The notes beneath the pieces were generated by a model, which was given only the letters and a program-made list of their open reading frames with translations, was not told the origin of the DNA and made no database searches. Positions 38,141 to 48,087 of a stretch of DNA of 64,000 bases are shown here, piece by piece; position 1 is the stretch's first letter, and the number at the start of each line of letters is the position of its first letter. The position numbers and the translations under genes were made by a program. Origin of the DNA: Terriglobales bacterium (GTDB taxonomy: Bacteria > Acidobacteriota > Terriglobia > Terriglobales > SCQP01); the NCBI GenBank assembly GCA_035606395.1, contig DATNFK010000009.1, positions 68,209-132,208 on the forward strand, read 5' to 3'.

Positions 38141-41092
38141 TTGCCCCGTCCAAGTGCGGGGACAGTAGCGGGAGATAATACCCCTCTGATTTCATCCTCG
38201 CCGACCCCTGTGCACGCGCTTCGCCGCACCCTTGCCCGGCTTCTGCCGGTGGCCGCAGTGGCCTGCTTTTTGCTACTGCTGCCTGCAATACGCCTTTCGG
38301 CGCAGGCCACCCCGGCGGCACCGGCGCGGCCTTCCACCTCGACCCCTGACATCATTGCGGCGGTCGAATGTCATGGTAACCATCGCATTCCCTGCGCCAC
38401 CATCAGGACCCGCATCCTCTCCAAGGTCGGCTCAGTTTACGACCCGGCCCAGATTAACCGCGACTTTAACGCGCTGCTCAACTTCAACGCCTTTGACGAC
38501 GTGCTGTTTTCCACCGAACGCACGCCCCAGGGAATCATCCTGCACGTCACCGTCACCGAAAAGCCGCTCATCCGCGATATCAAGTACAACGGGCTCAAAT
38601 CCATCACAGAGAGCGATATTCAGGACCGGTACAAGGCCCGCAGCGTCCATCTCGAGCGCGATAGCCCTTTTGACCCCACCATCGAAAAGAAGGCCGAAGT
38701 CGCCATTAAAGAGCTGCTGGGCGAGCACGGACGCCAATATGCCACCGTCAAGCCGGTGCTTAACGTGCTGCCTCCCAGTTCCGTCAATATCGTCTTTAAT
38801 GTTGATGAGGGCCCCAAAGTCCAGGTCGGCAACCTGGACTTTACCGGCAACAAAGTCCTCAGTTCCTCAACCCTGCGCGGCGCCATGAAGGAACTGCATC
38901 CGATCGGCATTCCGGATTCGCTGATTTTCGAGAATCTCTTCCACAAGACTTACGACGCCGCCAAGCTATCGCAAGACCTGGAAAGTGTCCACCAGGCCTA
39001 TCAGAATCGCGGCTATTTCGAAGCCCTGGTCGAGGATCCGAGCATCAAGCAGCGCACCACCAAGAGCCGCCGCATCCTTTTCTTCGGAGGCGGTGAGGGA
39101 CGCAGTGTCGATATCACCACACCCATTGTGGAGGGGCAAAAGTACCGAGTCGGCAAGATCACCTTCATCAACAACAGCTTCATCACCGATCCCCGCATCC
39201 TCAGTCAAATCCTCGGCCTCAAGACCGGAGACGTAATGGACGTCTCGAAACTGCGCAAGGGCCTCGAAAATCTGCACAAGTTTTACGGCCAGTACGGCTA
39301 CATCAACTTTGTCGCCAGCCCCGACCCCAAGCCCGATCCGAAACGCCTCGTGGTCGACATCACCATGGATATGCAGGAGGGCAAGCCCTTCTACGTGCGT
39401 CGCATCGAGTTCAGCGGCAACACCACCACCCGCGACAAGGTCATCCGCCGTGAATTGCTGCTCGAGGAAGGCGCGCGGTTCAACAGCGTCAATTGGGATA
39501 ACTCCATTCTTCGCCTCAATCAGTTGGGCTACTTTGCGACCATCGCGCCTGAGGATGCCACCATCGTTCAGGACACCAACGGCCCAGAAGGACACGTTGA
39601 TATCAATCTTCACCTCAAGGAAAAGGGGAAGAATTCGATTGGCCTCACCGGTGGCGTCAGCGGCATTGCCGGCAGCTTCCTCGGCCTCAACTACTCGACC
39701 AACAATTTTCTGGGCCTGGGCGAAACCCTCTCGGTCTCAACCCAGTACGGCGCGCTGACCCGCAACGTGACGTTCGGCTTTACCGAGCCTTACTTGCGCG
39801 ACAAGCCGATCCAACTTTCCTTTACCGCCTACCTCAACGACTTCCATTACGACCAGGCCAAGCAGGCCTCGATCCTGGCCGGCCAAAACCTCGACGCCTA
39901 CTTCGCGGCGCTCGGCTCCAGCAATTTGCTCAATTACGCGCAGAACCAGCGCGGCTTTACCTTCGGCGCCAGCTTCCCGAAGAAGCGCTCATTTACGCGC
40001 TACGGATTGACCTATCGCTGGGACAATTCGACCATTGTGCCCTTCACCAGCGCGGCCACGCTGCTGTTCAACTCCACCAGTTTCAACGGCGTCTCCGGCC
40101 CTAATAGTCTGCACGGTATTATTACCAGCGAGATCATTCCTTCGTTCACGATTGACACCGTCGACAATCCAACTTTCCCCACCCACGGCAAACAGATCAG
40201 CATCTCCAGCGGATTTGCCGGCGTTGGCGGCAATGTCAAACTGGTGCAGCCCAGCGTTCAGCTCGAGTACTTCCATCCCGCTCCGATCAAAAAAGACGTG
40301 CTGGCGTTCCGTTTCCTCGGCAGTTACGTGCGCGGCTACGGCGGCGGCATTCCGCCCAGCTTTGACCGGTTCTACACCGGCGGCGAGGACACGATTCGTG
40401 GCTTCGACATCATGGCCGTGACCCCGATCGCGCTCATTCCGACCGTCACCACGACGGTGCTTCAGGATCCAAACAACCCCGGTCAACCGCTGACCAAGAT
40501 CATTCCCAACCCGACGCCCGGAAATCCCGGTGGCACGATCAGTCAGACGTTCAATATTCCGATTCCTACGTATCAGTTCTCGACGCCGGGCGGCGATACC
40601 GAAGGTATTGGCAATTTCGAGTACCGCATCCCGATCTCCCAGGGCGCGATCCCGGTCTCGGTCTCGTTCTTCACCGATGCCGGCTTCGATGCCATTACCC
40701 AGTTCAACCAATTGCGCGTCAACAATCAGGTGCTGGGCCAATTGCAAACCCAATTTGGTCGTGTCTTCCCGTCGAAGATTCCCTTGGCACTCGGTACCAA
40801 CCGCCAGCTCAGGCTCTCGACCGGCATTGAAATCGAGGCAACGCTGCCGGTGATCCACGCTCCGGTGCGCGTCTATTACGCCGTCAACCCAGGGCGGGTT
40901 GACACCCTTATTCGTCCGCCCCAGATCTTCACCCAGGCCGACTTCGAGAAGGGCATTCCCGCCGCCTTCCTCTCCGACGCCGACGTGCAGCAGGCGGTGC
41001 AGTTCACCATGAAACAACTGCAATTTTCTCCCGGCACCCCGTTCCGGGAAGCTCCCCACGTTCTGCGGTTCACAATCGGCAGAACTTTTTAA
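38141..41092 (+). CDS. bamA: outer membrane protein assembly factor BamA (POTRA repeats + beta-barrel)
   Basis: POTRA-type sequence (VTVTEKPLIRDIKYNGLKS, RRIEFSGNTTTRDKVIRREL) is followed by an Omp85 barrel. The start is uncertain: TTG at 38141 with RBS GAGGAAG at a 6-nt spacing, or GTG at 38210. The track start at 37853 is implausible. Confidence 0.85.
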   Translation: MPRPSAGTVAGDNTPLISSSPTPVHALRRTLARLLPVAAVACFLLLLPAIRLSAQATPAAPARPSTSTPDIIAAVECHGNHRIPCATIRTRILSKVGSVYDPAQINRDFNALLNFNAFDDVLFSTERTPQGIILHVTVTEKPLIRDIKYNGLKSITESDIQDRYKARSVHLERDSPFDPTIEKKAEVAIKELLGEHGRQYATVKPVLNVLPPSSVNIVFNVDEGPKVQVGNLDFTGNKVLSSSTLRGAMKELHPIGIPDSLIFENLFHKTYDAAKLSQDLESVHQAYQNRGYFEALVEDPSIKQRTTKSRRILFFGGGEGRSVDITTPIVEGQKYRVGKITFINNSFITDPRILSQILGLKTGDVMDVSKLRKGLENLHKFYGQYGYINFVASPDPKPDPKRLVVDITMDMQEGKPFYVRRIEFSGNTTTRDKVIRRELLLEEGARFNSVNWDNSILRLNQLGYFATIAPEDATIVQDTNGPEGHVDINLHLKEKGKNSIGLTGGVSGIAGSFLGLNYSTNNFLGLGETLSVSTQYGALTRNVTFGFTEPYLRDKPIQLSFTAYLNDFHYDQAKQASILAGQNLDAYFAALGSSNLLNYAQNQRGFTFGASFPKKRSFTRYGLTYRWDNSTIVPFTSAATLLFNSTSFNGVSGPNSLHGIITSEIIPSFTIDTVDNPTFPTHGKQISISSGFAGVGGNVKLVQPSVQLEYFHPAPIKKDVLAFRFLGSYVRGYGGGIPPSFDRFYTGGEDTIRGFDIMAVTPIALIPTVTTTVLQDPNNPGQPLTKIIPNPTPGNPGGTISQTFNIPIPTYQFSTPGGDTEGIGNFEYRIPISQGAIPVSVSFFTDAGFDAITQFNQLRVNNQVLGQLQTQFGRVFPSKIPLALGTNRQLRLSTGIEIEATLPVIHAPVRVYYAVNPGRVDTLIRPPQIFTQADFEKGIPAAFLSDADVQQAVQFTMKQLQFSPGTPFREAPHVLRFTIGRTF

Positions 41093-41124
41093 TCTATACT
41101 TTTGTGATTCGAGGACTGTTTAAC

Positions 41125-41730
41125 ATGAAGCATTTGTTTCGCCACTCCTGTGTTTGCCTTTCCATACTGGCTTGCGCCGCTTTCGCGCAAACGACGCCCG
41201 CGCCTGCCACGGCGCCGCCCGCCACTTCGCCCACCGTCACCGGTCCCTCCAAGGTGGGCATCCTGAACATTCAAGAGGCGATCGAAACCACCGGCGAGGG
41301 CAAGAAGCTCGAGGCCGCCCTCAGTGCTCGGTTCGCGCCCAAGTCCGCCGAAATCGCGGCCGCCCAGAAAGAAATCGCGACCCTGCAGAACCAACTCAAT
41401 AGCGGCAGCAACACCATGTCGGACGCGACCAAGGCTGACCTGCAACGCCAGATTCAAACCAAGCAGCGCGACGCCCAGCAGGTTGCCGACAACGCCCAGA
41501 CTGATTACCAAGCCGCACAGGCGGACATTATGAACACCGTCGGCGCAAAGATGATGGAGATTCTGAAAAAGTACGCCGAGGAACACGGCTATACCGCCAT
41601 CATTGACGTCAGCCTGCCCTGGCCGCAGAGCCCGGTGCTGTACTTCAACCCCGGCACCGTGGTCACCAGCGACATCGTCAAGCTCTACGACGCCGCCCAC
41701 CCGGTCGCCGCCACGACTGCCAAGCCGTAA
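41125..41730 (+). CDS. skp: periplasmic chaperone Skp/OmpH
   Basis: The ATG at 41125 follows GAGGA. The product has a signal peptide and a coiled, Q/A-rich OmpH-like sequence. It lies directly after bamA. Confidence 0.8.
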   Translation: MKHLFRHSCVCLSILACAAFAQTTPAPATAPPATSPTVTGPSKVGILNIQEAIETTGEGKKLEAALSARFAPKSAEIAAAQKEIATLQNQLNSGSNTMSDATKADLQRQIQTKQRDAQQVADNAQTDYQAAQADIMNTVGAKMMEILKKYAEEHGYTAIIDVSLPWPQSPVLYFNPGTVVTSDIVKLYDAAHPVAATTAKP

Positions 41731-41732
41731 GC

Positions 41733-43589
41733 ATGCGCCAGGCGGTCGTCATCGCGTTGGCGCTGGCTTCCGCGGTGCAAGCGGCATGGGCGCAGAGCGG
41801 CACGCTGAAGCTCTTCTTTCAGCGGGTGCCGGTCGGTGAGGAAACCTACGTCATCGAAGGCAATCGTCTTCAGGCGCATTTTGCCTACACCGAGCGCGCC
41901 TCGACCATCAAGCTCGAAGCCGAGCTGCGCTGGGCGCCGGATCTAACCCCCACCTACTTCGATATACACGGTCACAGCTATCGTCCGTTCAGCGTCAACG
42001 CCACCGTGACGCCGGCGCCCGGCCAGGCGCGCCCCTTTTTCACCGTCGCCGGCTATACCCCGCTCTCGGTGCAAATGATGATGATGCGCTACTGGCTCAG
42101 CCACGGCAGGCCGGTGCATATCAAGCAATTACCCACTGGCGACGACATAGAAATTCGCGCCACCGGCAGTGATCGCGCTTCCCATGGCGTCAGCCTTCGG
42201 CGTTACGCCGTGAGCAACATCGTTTGGGGCAATGAAGCCCTCTGGCTCGATCCCAATAACGATCTGGCCGCCGCCGTCACCTACGCCGGCAATCTTCCCC
42301 TCGAAGCCACGCGCCCGGAATACGCCGCCGATCTAAGCCATCTCATTGCGAGCGCGGTCCACGACCGGCTCGACGACCTGCGCGCCATCGCCGCCGCGAT
42401 TCCGCCCGAGCGTGACGGCGCCTACGCGATCGTTCATGCGTTCATGATTGACGGCAATGGCGGCCCGCCTATCGCCGATGCCACCGTGGTCGTGCGCCAT
42501 GGCCGCATTGCCGCCGCCGGTCCCGCCGCCGACATCACCGTACCCGCCAATCTTTCACGCCTCGACGCGCACGGCCAAACCCTGCTTCCGGGTCTGTGGG
42601 AAATGCACGCGCATTTCGCTCAGGTTGAGTACGGCCCCGCCTATCTGGCCGCCGGCGTTACCACTGCCCGCGACTGCGGCGGCGAGTTTGGATTCCTGAC
42701 CGCGATAGGCGATTTGCTCAATCGCCACGGCGGCTTGGGGCCGCATCTTTTGAGGGCCGGTTTGATTGACGGAAGCACGCCCACGCCGTTCACCACCAAC
42801 TGGGCCGACACGCCCGAGCAGGGCGTCGCCATGGTGGCGAAGTACAACGCCGCCGGTTTTAACCAGATCAAGATTTATGACCAGATTCAGCCGCCGGTGC
42901 TGCGTGCCATCACCGCCGAAGCCCACCGCCGCGGCATGACCGTCACCGGACACATTCCCCACGGCATGACCGCCTTCCAAGGTGTTGAAGACGGCATGGA
43001 TCAGATCAACCATCTCGGCTACGTCACGCAGGAGGTCCGCGCTGTCGGCCTCGACGCCGCGGTTGCCTTCTTCAAGCAACACGGAACGGTGATCGACCCG
43101 ACCCTGGCCTGGGGCGAGCTACTCGCCCACCCCGCCGACGTGCCCATCGCGAGCTTCGAGCCCGGATTCGCGCGCGCCCCCCTGACCCTGCAAACCATGA
43201 TCGGCAGCGCCACCGGACGCGGCTCGCGCCTCGACAGTTCCTTCGCCACCGTCCGCGCTCTCTACAAGGCGGGCGTGCCCTTGGTGGCGGGAACCGACAA
43301 ATCCGTGCCGGCGGTCAGCCTGCACCGCGAGCTCGAGCTCTACGTCCGGGCTGGCCTCACGCCGATGGAGGTCATTGATCTCGCGACCTCGGGGAGCGCC
43401 AAAGTGATGGGCATGCAGACTGAAGTCGGTACCATTACCGCGGGCAAGCGCGCCGACATGATCCTGGTGGACGGCAACCCGCTTGAAAATTTCGCCGCCC
43501 TGCGCCAGGTGCGCCAGGTCATTACCAATGGGCGGCTCTACTCCACCGGTCCGCTGTGGCGCAGCGTCGGCTTTAAGCCTCTGCCGTGA
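41733..43589 (+). CDS. secreted amidohydrolase-family protein with N-terminal extra domain
   Basis: 618 aa with a signal peptide and the metal-binding motif LLPGLWEMHAHF. Confidence 0.75.
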   Translation: MRQAVVIALALASAVQAAWAQSGTLKLFFQRVPVGEETYVIEGNRLQAHFAYTERASTIKLEAELRWAPDLTPTYFDIHGHSYRPFSVNATVTPAPGQARPFFTVAGYTPLSVQMMMMRYWLSHGRPVHIKQLPTGDDIEIRATGSDRASHGVSLRRYAVSNIVWGNEALWLDPNNDLAAAVTYAGNLPLEATRPEYAADLSHLIASAVHDRLDDLRAIAAAIPPERDGAYAIVHAFMIDGNGGPPIADATVVVRHGRIAAAGPAADITVPANLSRLDAHGQTLLPGLWEMHAHFAQVEYGPAYLAAGVTTARDCGGEFGFLTAIGDLLNRHGGLGPHLLRAGLIDGSTPTPFTTNWADTPEQGVAMVAKYNAAGFNQIKIYDQIQPPVLRAITAEAHRRGMTVTGHIPHGMTAFQGVEDGMDQINHLGYVTQEVRAVGLDAAVAFFKQHGTVIDPTLAWGELLAHPADVPIASFEPGFARAPLTLQTMIGSATGRGSRLDSSFATVRALYKAGVPLVAGTDKSVPAVSLHRELELYVRAGLTPMEVIDLATSGSAKVMGMQTEVGTITAGKRADMILVDGNPLENFAALRQVRQVITNGRLYSTGPLWRSVGFKPLP

Positions 43590-44410
43590 ATGCCATATTT
43601 CAGTGACAGATATTTTCGCAGCGCCGGGGGCAGCGTGAGCGCCAATTCCTGCCAGGTCAGCAGTTTGCAGCGCGTCTTCAATTCGGTATCGCGCGCGCAC
43701 GCGAAGAGTTCTCCCGCCATCTCGATTAGGTCGGGTCGCCGCTCGTCAACCATCACGCAAAACGCCGCGCCGGCGGCATGCGCGGCGAGCACGTTTCTAA
43801 TTAATTGATAGGCGGCGAATTTGCCGTCAAGCCGCGGCAAGCCCTCCACATCGAAGACCGAAGCCAGGTCACGGTAGCGCAAGACCAGGTCGGCGCGCTG
43901 GGTTTGAAAGTCGCTTTCGGTGAGCTTGGCCTCGACCAGCAGATCACCCAGCCGCATGTCAATCTCGGTGCGGTCGAACAAATTCCGAGCGAGCGGAACC
44001 CGCGCCTTGAAACCGAATTCGGGTACCGATCCCGGCGCAACCCCGAGCATGCCCGTCACCGCGGCGCGGCCGCACACCCCCGGATAACAGAAAATATTCA
44101 TCAGCAGCGCGTCGGAACTCATGCACGAGTCGAGTTCGCGCCAGGCGCCGCCCTCGGGATGTGGCGGCAATCCTCGCCGTTTGGCGGTATGGATTTTTCC
44201 CAGACGGGCGGCCCAGTCGGGGCGTTTCAAGATCGCGCGATAACTTGCAGGGATGAAATTGCCGTGGTCTTTCCCTTCTGGCGACGCGAAAAAAAGCGAT
44301 ACGCCGCCCAAGGTTTCCAGGCGCCGCACACCCGCGCTCGCGGCCATCGCGGCGTTGCGTTCAGCGAGCTCGAGCCGTAGACGGAGCGAAAATTGAGCCC
44401 GCGCTCTCAC
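43538..44410 (-). CDS. hypothetical protein with PD-(D/E)xK restriction-endonuclease-like motif
   Basis: Carries EIDMRLGDLLVEAKLTESDF (D-x(n)-E-x-K). The start is the GTG at 44410, directly after the PQQ-dehydrogenase stop, or the ATG at 44347. Confidence 0.45.
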   Translation of the reverse strand: MRARAQFSLRLRLELAERNAAMAASAGVRRLETLGGVSLFFASPEGKDHGNFIPASYRAILKRPDWAARLGKIHTAKRRGLPPHPEGGAWRELDSCMSSDALLMNIFCYPGVCGRAAVTGMLGVAPGSVPEFGFKARVPLARNLFDRTEIDMRLGDLLVEAKLTESDFQTQRADLVLRYRDLASVFDVEGLPRLDGKFAAYQLIRNVLAAHAAGAAFCVMVDERRPDLIEMAGELFACARDTELKTRCKLLTWQELALTLPPALRKYLSLKYGIHGRGLKPTLRHSGPVE

Positions 44411-44411
44411 C

Positions 44412-46304
44412 TCACGGCAGCGTGTACGCCACCGCCGAATCGCCCAGCTTGGTGCCGAGCTTGCCGTGCCCCCCGGCGCAGATCACGACGAACTGCCTGC
44501 CGTTGATCTCGTAGGTCATGGGCGTGGCCTGCCCGCCCGCGGGTAGCGCGACTTCCCACGCCAGCTTGCCGGTGGCGGAGTCGAAGGCGCGGAATTTTCC
44601 GTCCATGGCCGCGGCGGTGAAAACCAGGCCGCCGGCGGTTGCTATGGGCCCGCCGAGGTTGGGCGTCCCGGTGTGTTGGCCCGCGATGAAAGTGCCGAGC
44701 GGCACGCTCCATGCGATCTTGCCGCTGAATACATCGAGTGCCACCACCGAGCCCCAGGGCGGCTGGTTGCAGGGCAGGTGAGCCGCCGCATCGGGCGCCA
44801 TGAGAAACGTACGGTAGAGGCCATAAGGCGTCTGCGCCTGGGGAGCGAATTCGCCCGAAGTGCGGTTGGGCACGTTGTCTCCCGGCGCCGCCGCGCGCTC
44901 CTGGGCGAAATCGGCTCTGGGAATCAGCCGGGCGTAGGGCAGAAGATTATTCACGTCGGCTATGAACAGGTGCCGCGTCGGGTCGTACGCGGCGCTGCCC
45001 CAGTTCACGCCGCCGATGTTCCCAGGTACCGTAATGGATCCGCGCAAGCTGGGCGGTGTGTAGATCCCCTCGCTGCGGGCGGAACGAATCTGCGCCGTGC
45101 ACCAGGCGCGATCGGCGGCGGTGGCACCGAACACAGCCTCGGGATTGGGCGCCACTTGCGGAACGAGCGATGGCAGCGCCGAAAACGGCTGCGTGGCGGA
45201 GGTTTGTTCGCCCGGCACATCCGACTGCGGCACGGCGCGTTCGGTCACCGCGACCAACGGTTTGCCGGTGAGCCGATTGAGCACAAAGACATTTCCGGTC
45301 TTATTTGTGACGGCGATGGCGGGCGTGCCGTCCTTCCAGGTGAAGAGCACCGGCTCGGCGGCAACGTCGTAATCCCATAGATCATGATGGGTAAGCTGAA
45401 AGGCCCAGACCTTGTGGCCATCCGAGGCGCGCAGCGCGACCACCGAATCGGCGTCGGCGTCGTTGCCCGGCCGCTCGCCGCCGTAATAATCGGGGCTGGC
45501 GCTTCCGGTCGGCACATAAACCATGTCATGCTCCGCGTCGGCCGCGATGGTGGACCAGGCATTGGCCGCCCCGGTGCGGGTTTTCTGGTGTTCTGCCCAA
45601 GGAATCGGATCCCACGTCCACGCCAGCTTGCCGGTCCGAACGTCATAGGCGCGGACGACGCCTTGTTCCAGGCTGACGGCGCGATTGTCGCCGATCGAAG
45701 AGCCGACAACCACCCGGTCGCCAATCACCGTCGGCGCCGATGTGATTTGGTAATTTCCGGGGTCGCGCAAACCCACGCCTTGGGTTAGGTCCACCTCGCC
45801 GTTGTGGCCGAACCCTGCGCACGGTTTGCCGGTGGCCGCATCGAGCGCGATGAGGCGGGCGTCGAGCGTACCCACAAGCACACGCTGCGAGCAGGCGACA
45901 CTCGGCCGGGGCGCGCCCCACAACGCCACGCCGCGCGATGAAATCTCAGAATAGTCCAACACGCCGAGGTGGGGGCTGAATCTCCAGCGTTCGGCGCCGG
46001 TCGCGGCATCGAGCGCGAACACTTCATCGATCGGGTCGGTGAGATACAGCGTACCGTGATCGAGCACCGGCGTGGCCTCGAAGGCGGCCTTCTGCTTGAC
46101 CGCGTTCACGACGCCGGTTGGCAGGCGCTCCCACATGCCGGTGTGAAACGTCCAGGCAACTTTGAGTTGGCCAACGTTGGAGGCGGTAATCTGCCGCGCG
46201 CTCGAAAAGCGGGCGCCGGCGTTGGTGCCGCCGTAGGCGGGCCAGCCCGCGGACTGCGCGGCAAGCGCCGTAGCGGCAAAGGCAATGAAAAATGCAAGTC
46301 TCAT
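44412..46304 (-). CDS. secreted PQQ-dependent dehydrogenase (quinoprotein glucose/sugar dehydrogenase-like beta-propeller)
   Basis: 630 aa with a signal peptide. It carries WPAYGGTNAGARFSSARQITASNVGQLKVAWTF, typical of PQQ propellers. Confidence 0.8.
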   Translation of the reverse strand: MRLAFFIAFAATALAAQSAGWPAYGGTNAGARFSSARQITASNVGQLKVAWTFHTGMWERLPTGVVNAVKQKAAFEATPVLDHGTLYLTDPIDEVFALDAATGAERWRFSPHLGVLDYSEISSRGVALWGAPRPSVACSQRVLVGTLDARLIALDAATGKPCAGFGHNGEVDLTQGVGLRDPGNYQITSAPTVIGDRVVVGSSIGDNRAVSLEQGVVRAYDVRTGKLAWTWDPIPWAEHQKTRTGAANAWSTIAADAEHDMVYVPTGSASPDYYGGERPGNDADADSVVALRASDGHKVWAFQLTHHDLWDYDVAAEPVLFTWKDGTPAIAVTNKTGNVFVLNRLTGKPLVAVTERAVPQSDVPGEQTSATQPFSALPSLVPQVAPNPEAVFGATAADRAWCTAQIRSARSEGIYTPPSLRGSITVPGNIGGVNWGSAAYDPTRHLFIADVNNLLPYARLIPRADFAQERAAAPGDNVPNRTSGEFAPQAQTPYGLYRTFLMAPDAAAHLPCNQPPWGSVVALDVFSGKIAWSVPLGTFIAGQHTGTPNLGGPIATAGGLVFTAAAMDGKFRAFDSATGKLAWEVALPAGGQATPMTYEINGRQFVVICAGGHGKLGTKLGDSAVAYTLP

Positions 46305-46311
46305 AAAAGTG

Positions 46312-46385
<74 letters not shown>

Positions 46386-46470
46386 GTATAGCTGCTATTT
46401 CATTGTATGGCAGCCACTTGGCCGGGCGCAGCCCTTCGCGATACTCTGGATCGAAACCTGGATCAAGACA

Positions 46471-47247
46471 ATGAAACACGGGCCTCTCGCCATTGCCATG
46501 CTAACCGCCTTGACTGCGTGGGCCGGGGCGCAGACCTCTCCCGCGCTGGTGCCCGCGCTGGATGCCGCAACCATTAAGCCAAATAACAGCGGTTCGGGCA
46601 GCAGTCACACGAACGGCGATCCTGGCCGCATCACTTTTGAAAACGTCACCCTGCTGTCGCTGATCCAGACCGCGTATGGCCTGACGCGCTACCAGATTGC
46701 CGGCCCCGATTGGATGAACGATGTGCGTTTCGACGCGGTCGTGACTTTTACCGGTATTCCCAAAGACGCAACCGGCGCCCAGCGCCGCGCCGCCGAGCAG
46801 AAGTTGCTTGAGCCCTGGCTCGCGAACGAGTTCCATATGACGACCCATCGCGAGACGAGGCCGCTGCCAGGCTACGAGTTGCGGGTTGCGAAACGCGGCC
46901 CCAAGTTGAAGCCCACCGACAAGCCTTGCTGCTCCACCAGCACCAACAGTAATGGGACCCTGGTGACGTTTTCCGGCGAAACCACAATGGGAGTTTTCGC
47001 CCAACAATTGAGTTCGCAACTGGACCGCCCCGTGGTGATCGACAAGACTGGCATGGCAGGCACCTACGAGATCAAATTCGAATTTGTTCCCAACCGGCTT
47101 TCCAGTGCCGCTCCCGCGGACCTGGTTGCCGGCCCTTCGATCTACGACGCGCTCGAGCACGATCTCGGCCTCATGCTCAAAGCCGCGACAGTGCCGGTCG
47201 ATGTGCTCGTCATTGACCACGCCGAGCGCACCCCCGCCGCTAACTGA
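46471..47247 (+). CDS. TIGR03435-family soil-associated periplasmic protein
   Basis: The ATG at 46471 is followed by a signal peptide. The product carries ATIKPN, LLSLIQTAYGL, QIAGPDWMNDVRFD and VDVLVIDHAERTPAAN, typical of this family. The track start at 46378 lies inside the tRNA. Confidence 0.75.
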   Translation: MKHGPLAIAMLTALTAWAGAQTSPALVPALDAATIKPNNSGSGSSHTNGDPGRITFENVTLLSLIQTAYGLTRYQIAGPDWMNDVRFDAVVTFTGIPKDATGAQRRAAEQKLLEPWLANEFHMTTHRETRPLPGYELRVAKRGPKLKPTDKPCCSTSTNSNGTLVTFSGETTMGVFAQQLSSQLDRPVVIDKTGMAGTYEIKFEFVPNRLSSAAPADLVAGPSIYDALEHDLGLMLKAATVPVDVLVIDHAERTPAAN

Positions 47248-47283
47248 CCCCGATTGCAGGATCGTTACTGATAAAATTCGAGC

Positions 47284-47784
47284 ATGTTGCACAAGCCCGT
47301 TCTGTTGCTGTCCACCTTCGCTTTAGTGTTGCTCGCGGCTTCCCCCGCGCGCCAACAGACGGCGGTTGCGAAGTCAGGAGCGTCTGTGAAAAATGACCGC
47401 GGCCGAATCCTGGGGATTGGTGGCATATTCTTCAAATCCCCGAATCAACAACAAACGCGTGAATGGTATGCCAAGCATCTTGGTCTTGCGGACACAGGTG
47501 GCGGCGCCATGCTGCCGTGGCGGGAAAAAGACAACCCTGCGCATGAACACATGACCGTCTGGAGTGTATTTCCCGACAGCACCAAGTACTTCGCGCCCAA
47601 CCAGGCCTTCATGGTCAACTACATCGTGGACGACCTCGATGCCCTGCTCGATCGCTTGCAAAAGGAGGGCGTCAAGATCGATCCCAAACGCCAGGACGCG
47701 GACTACGGCCGGTTTGCATGGATCTTCGATCCCGACGGCAACAAAATCGAATTGTGGCAGCCGACGCCGCCCAAGGGCGAATAG
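47284..47784 (+). CDS. secreted VOC/glyoxalase-family protein
   Basis: Carries ILGIGGIFFKS and GRFAWIFDPDGNKIELWQP. Confidence 0.75.
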   Translation: MLHKPVLLLSTFALVLLAASPARQQTAVAKSGASVKNDRGRILGIGGIFFKSPNQQQTREWYAKHLGLADTGGGAMLPWREKDNPAHEHMTVWSVFPDSTKYFAPNQAFMVNYIVDDLDALLDRLQKEGVKIDPKRQDADYGRFAWIFDPDGNKIELWQPTPPKGE

Positions 47785-47830
47785 CTGCAACCGATTAAAG
47801 TTTGAATCACTAGTTTCAATCCGACCCGTA

Positions 47831-47904
47831 CGCCGGGGTGGGGTCCCCACCCCGGCGTTGCGCCTAAGCGGGGCGCGCGGCGGTAGCCGCGCGGGGCCCG
47901 CGCC
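47831..47904. repeat. REP-like element, copy C (hairpin 1 CGCCGGGGTGGGG-t-CCCCACCCCGGCG; hairpin 2 GCGCGGC-ggta-GCCGCGC)
   Basis: Read directly from the sequence. It has the same layout and conserved linker/tail as copies A and B. Confidence 0.8.
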
Positions 47905-48087
47905 GATCATTGATCCCCAAGCCTGGGTCGCCGCCAGCCTTCCGGCGCCGTAGCCACAACAATGATGAAAAGCGCAGCTATGGCGCCGCCGTCATAAATG
48001 TATAAAATATATTGCATTTTCAAAGTCGCCTTGCTCTACTCTGTCTGGCAGGCAATCGAACTACGATTGCAACTTCGGGCGCTTTAT

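Noticed and set aside
37596-38321. 241-aa minus-strand ORF across the bamA upstream region
   Set aside because: The peptide is not protein-like. It overlaps the better-supported Zn-ribbon ORF frame and the bamA signal-peptide region.
39989-41059. 356-aa minus-strand ORF
   Set aside because: It is antisense to the bamA barrel domain.
47374-47910. 178-aa minus-strand ORF starting MIGAGPARLPP
   Set aside because: It starts in REP copy C and then runs antisense to the VOC gene.
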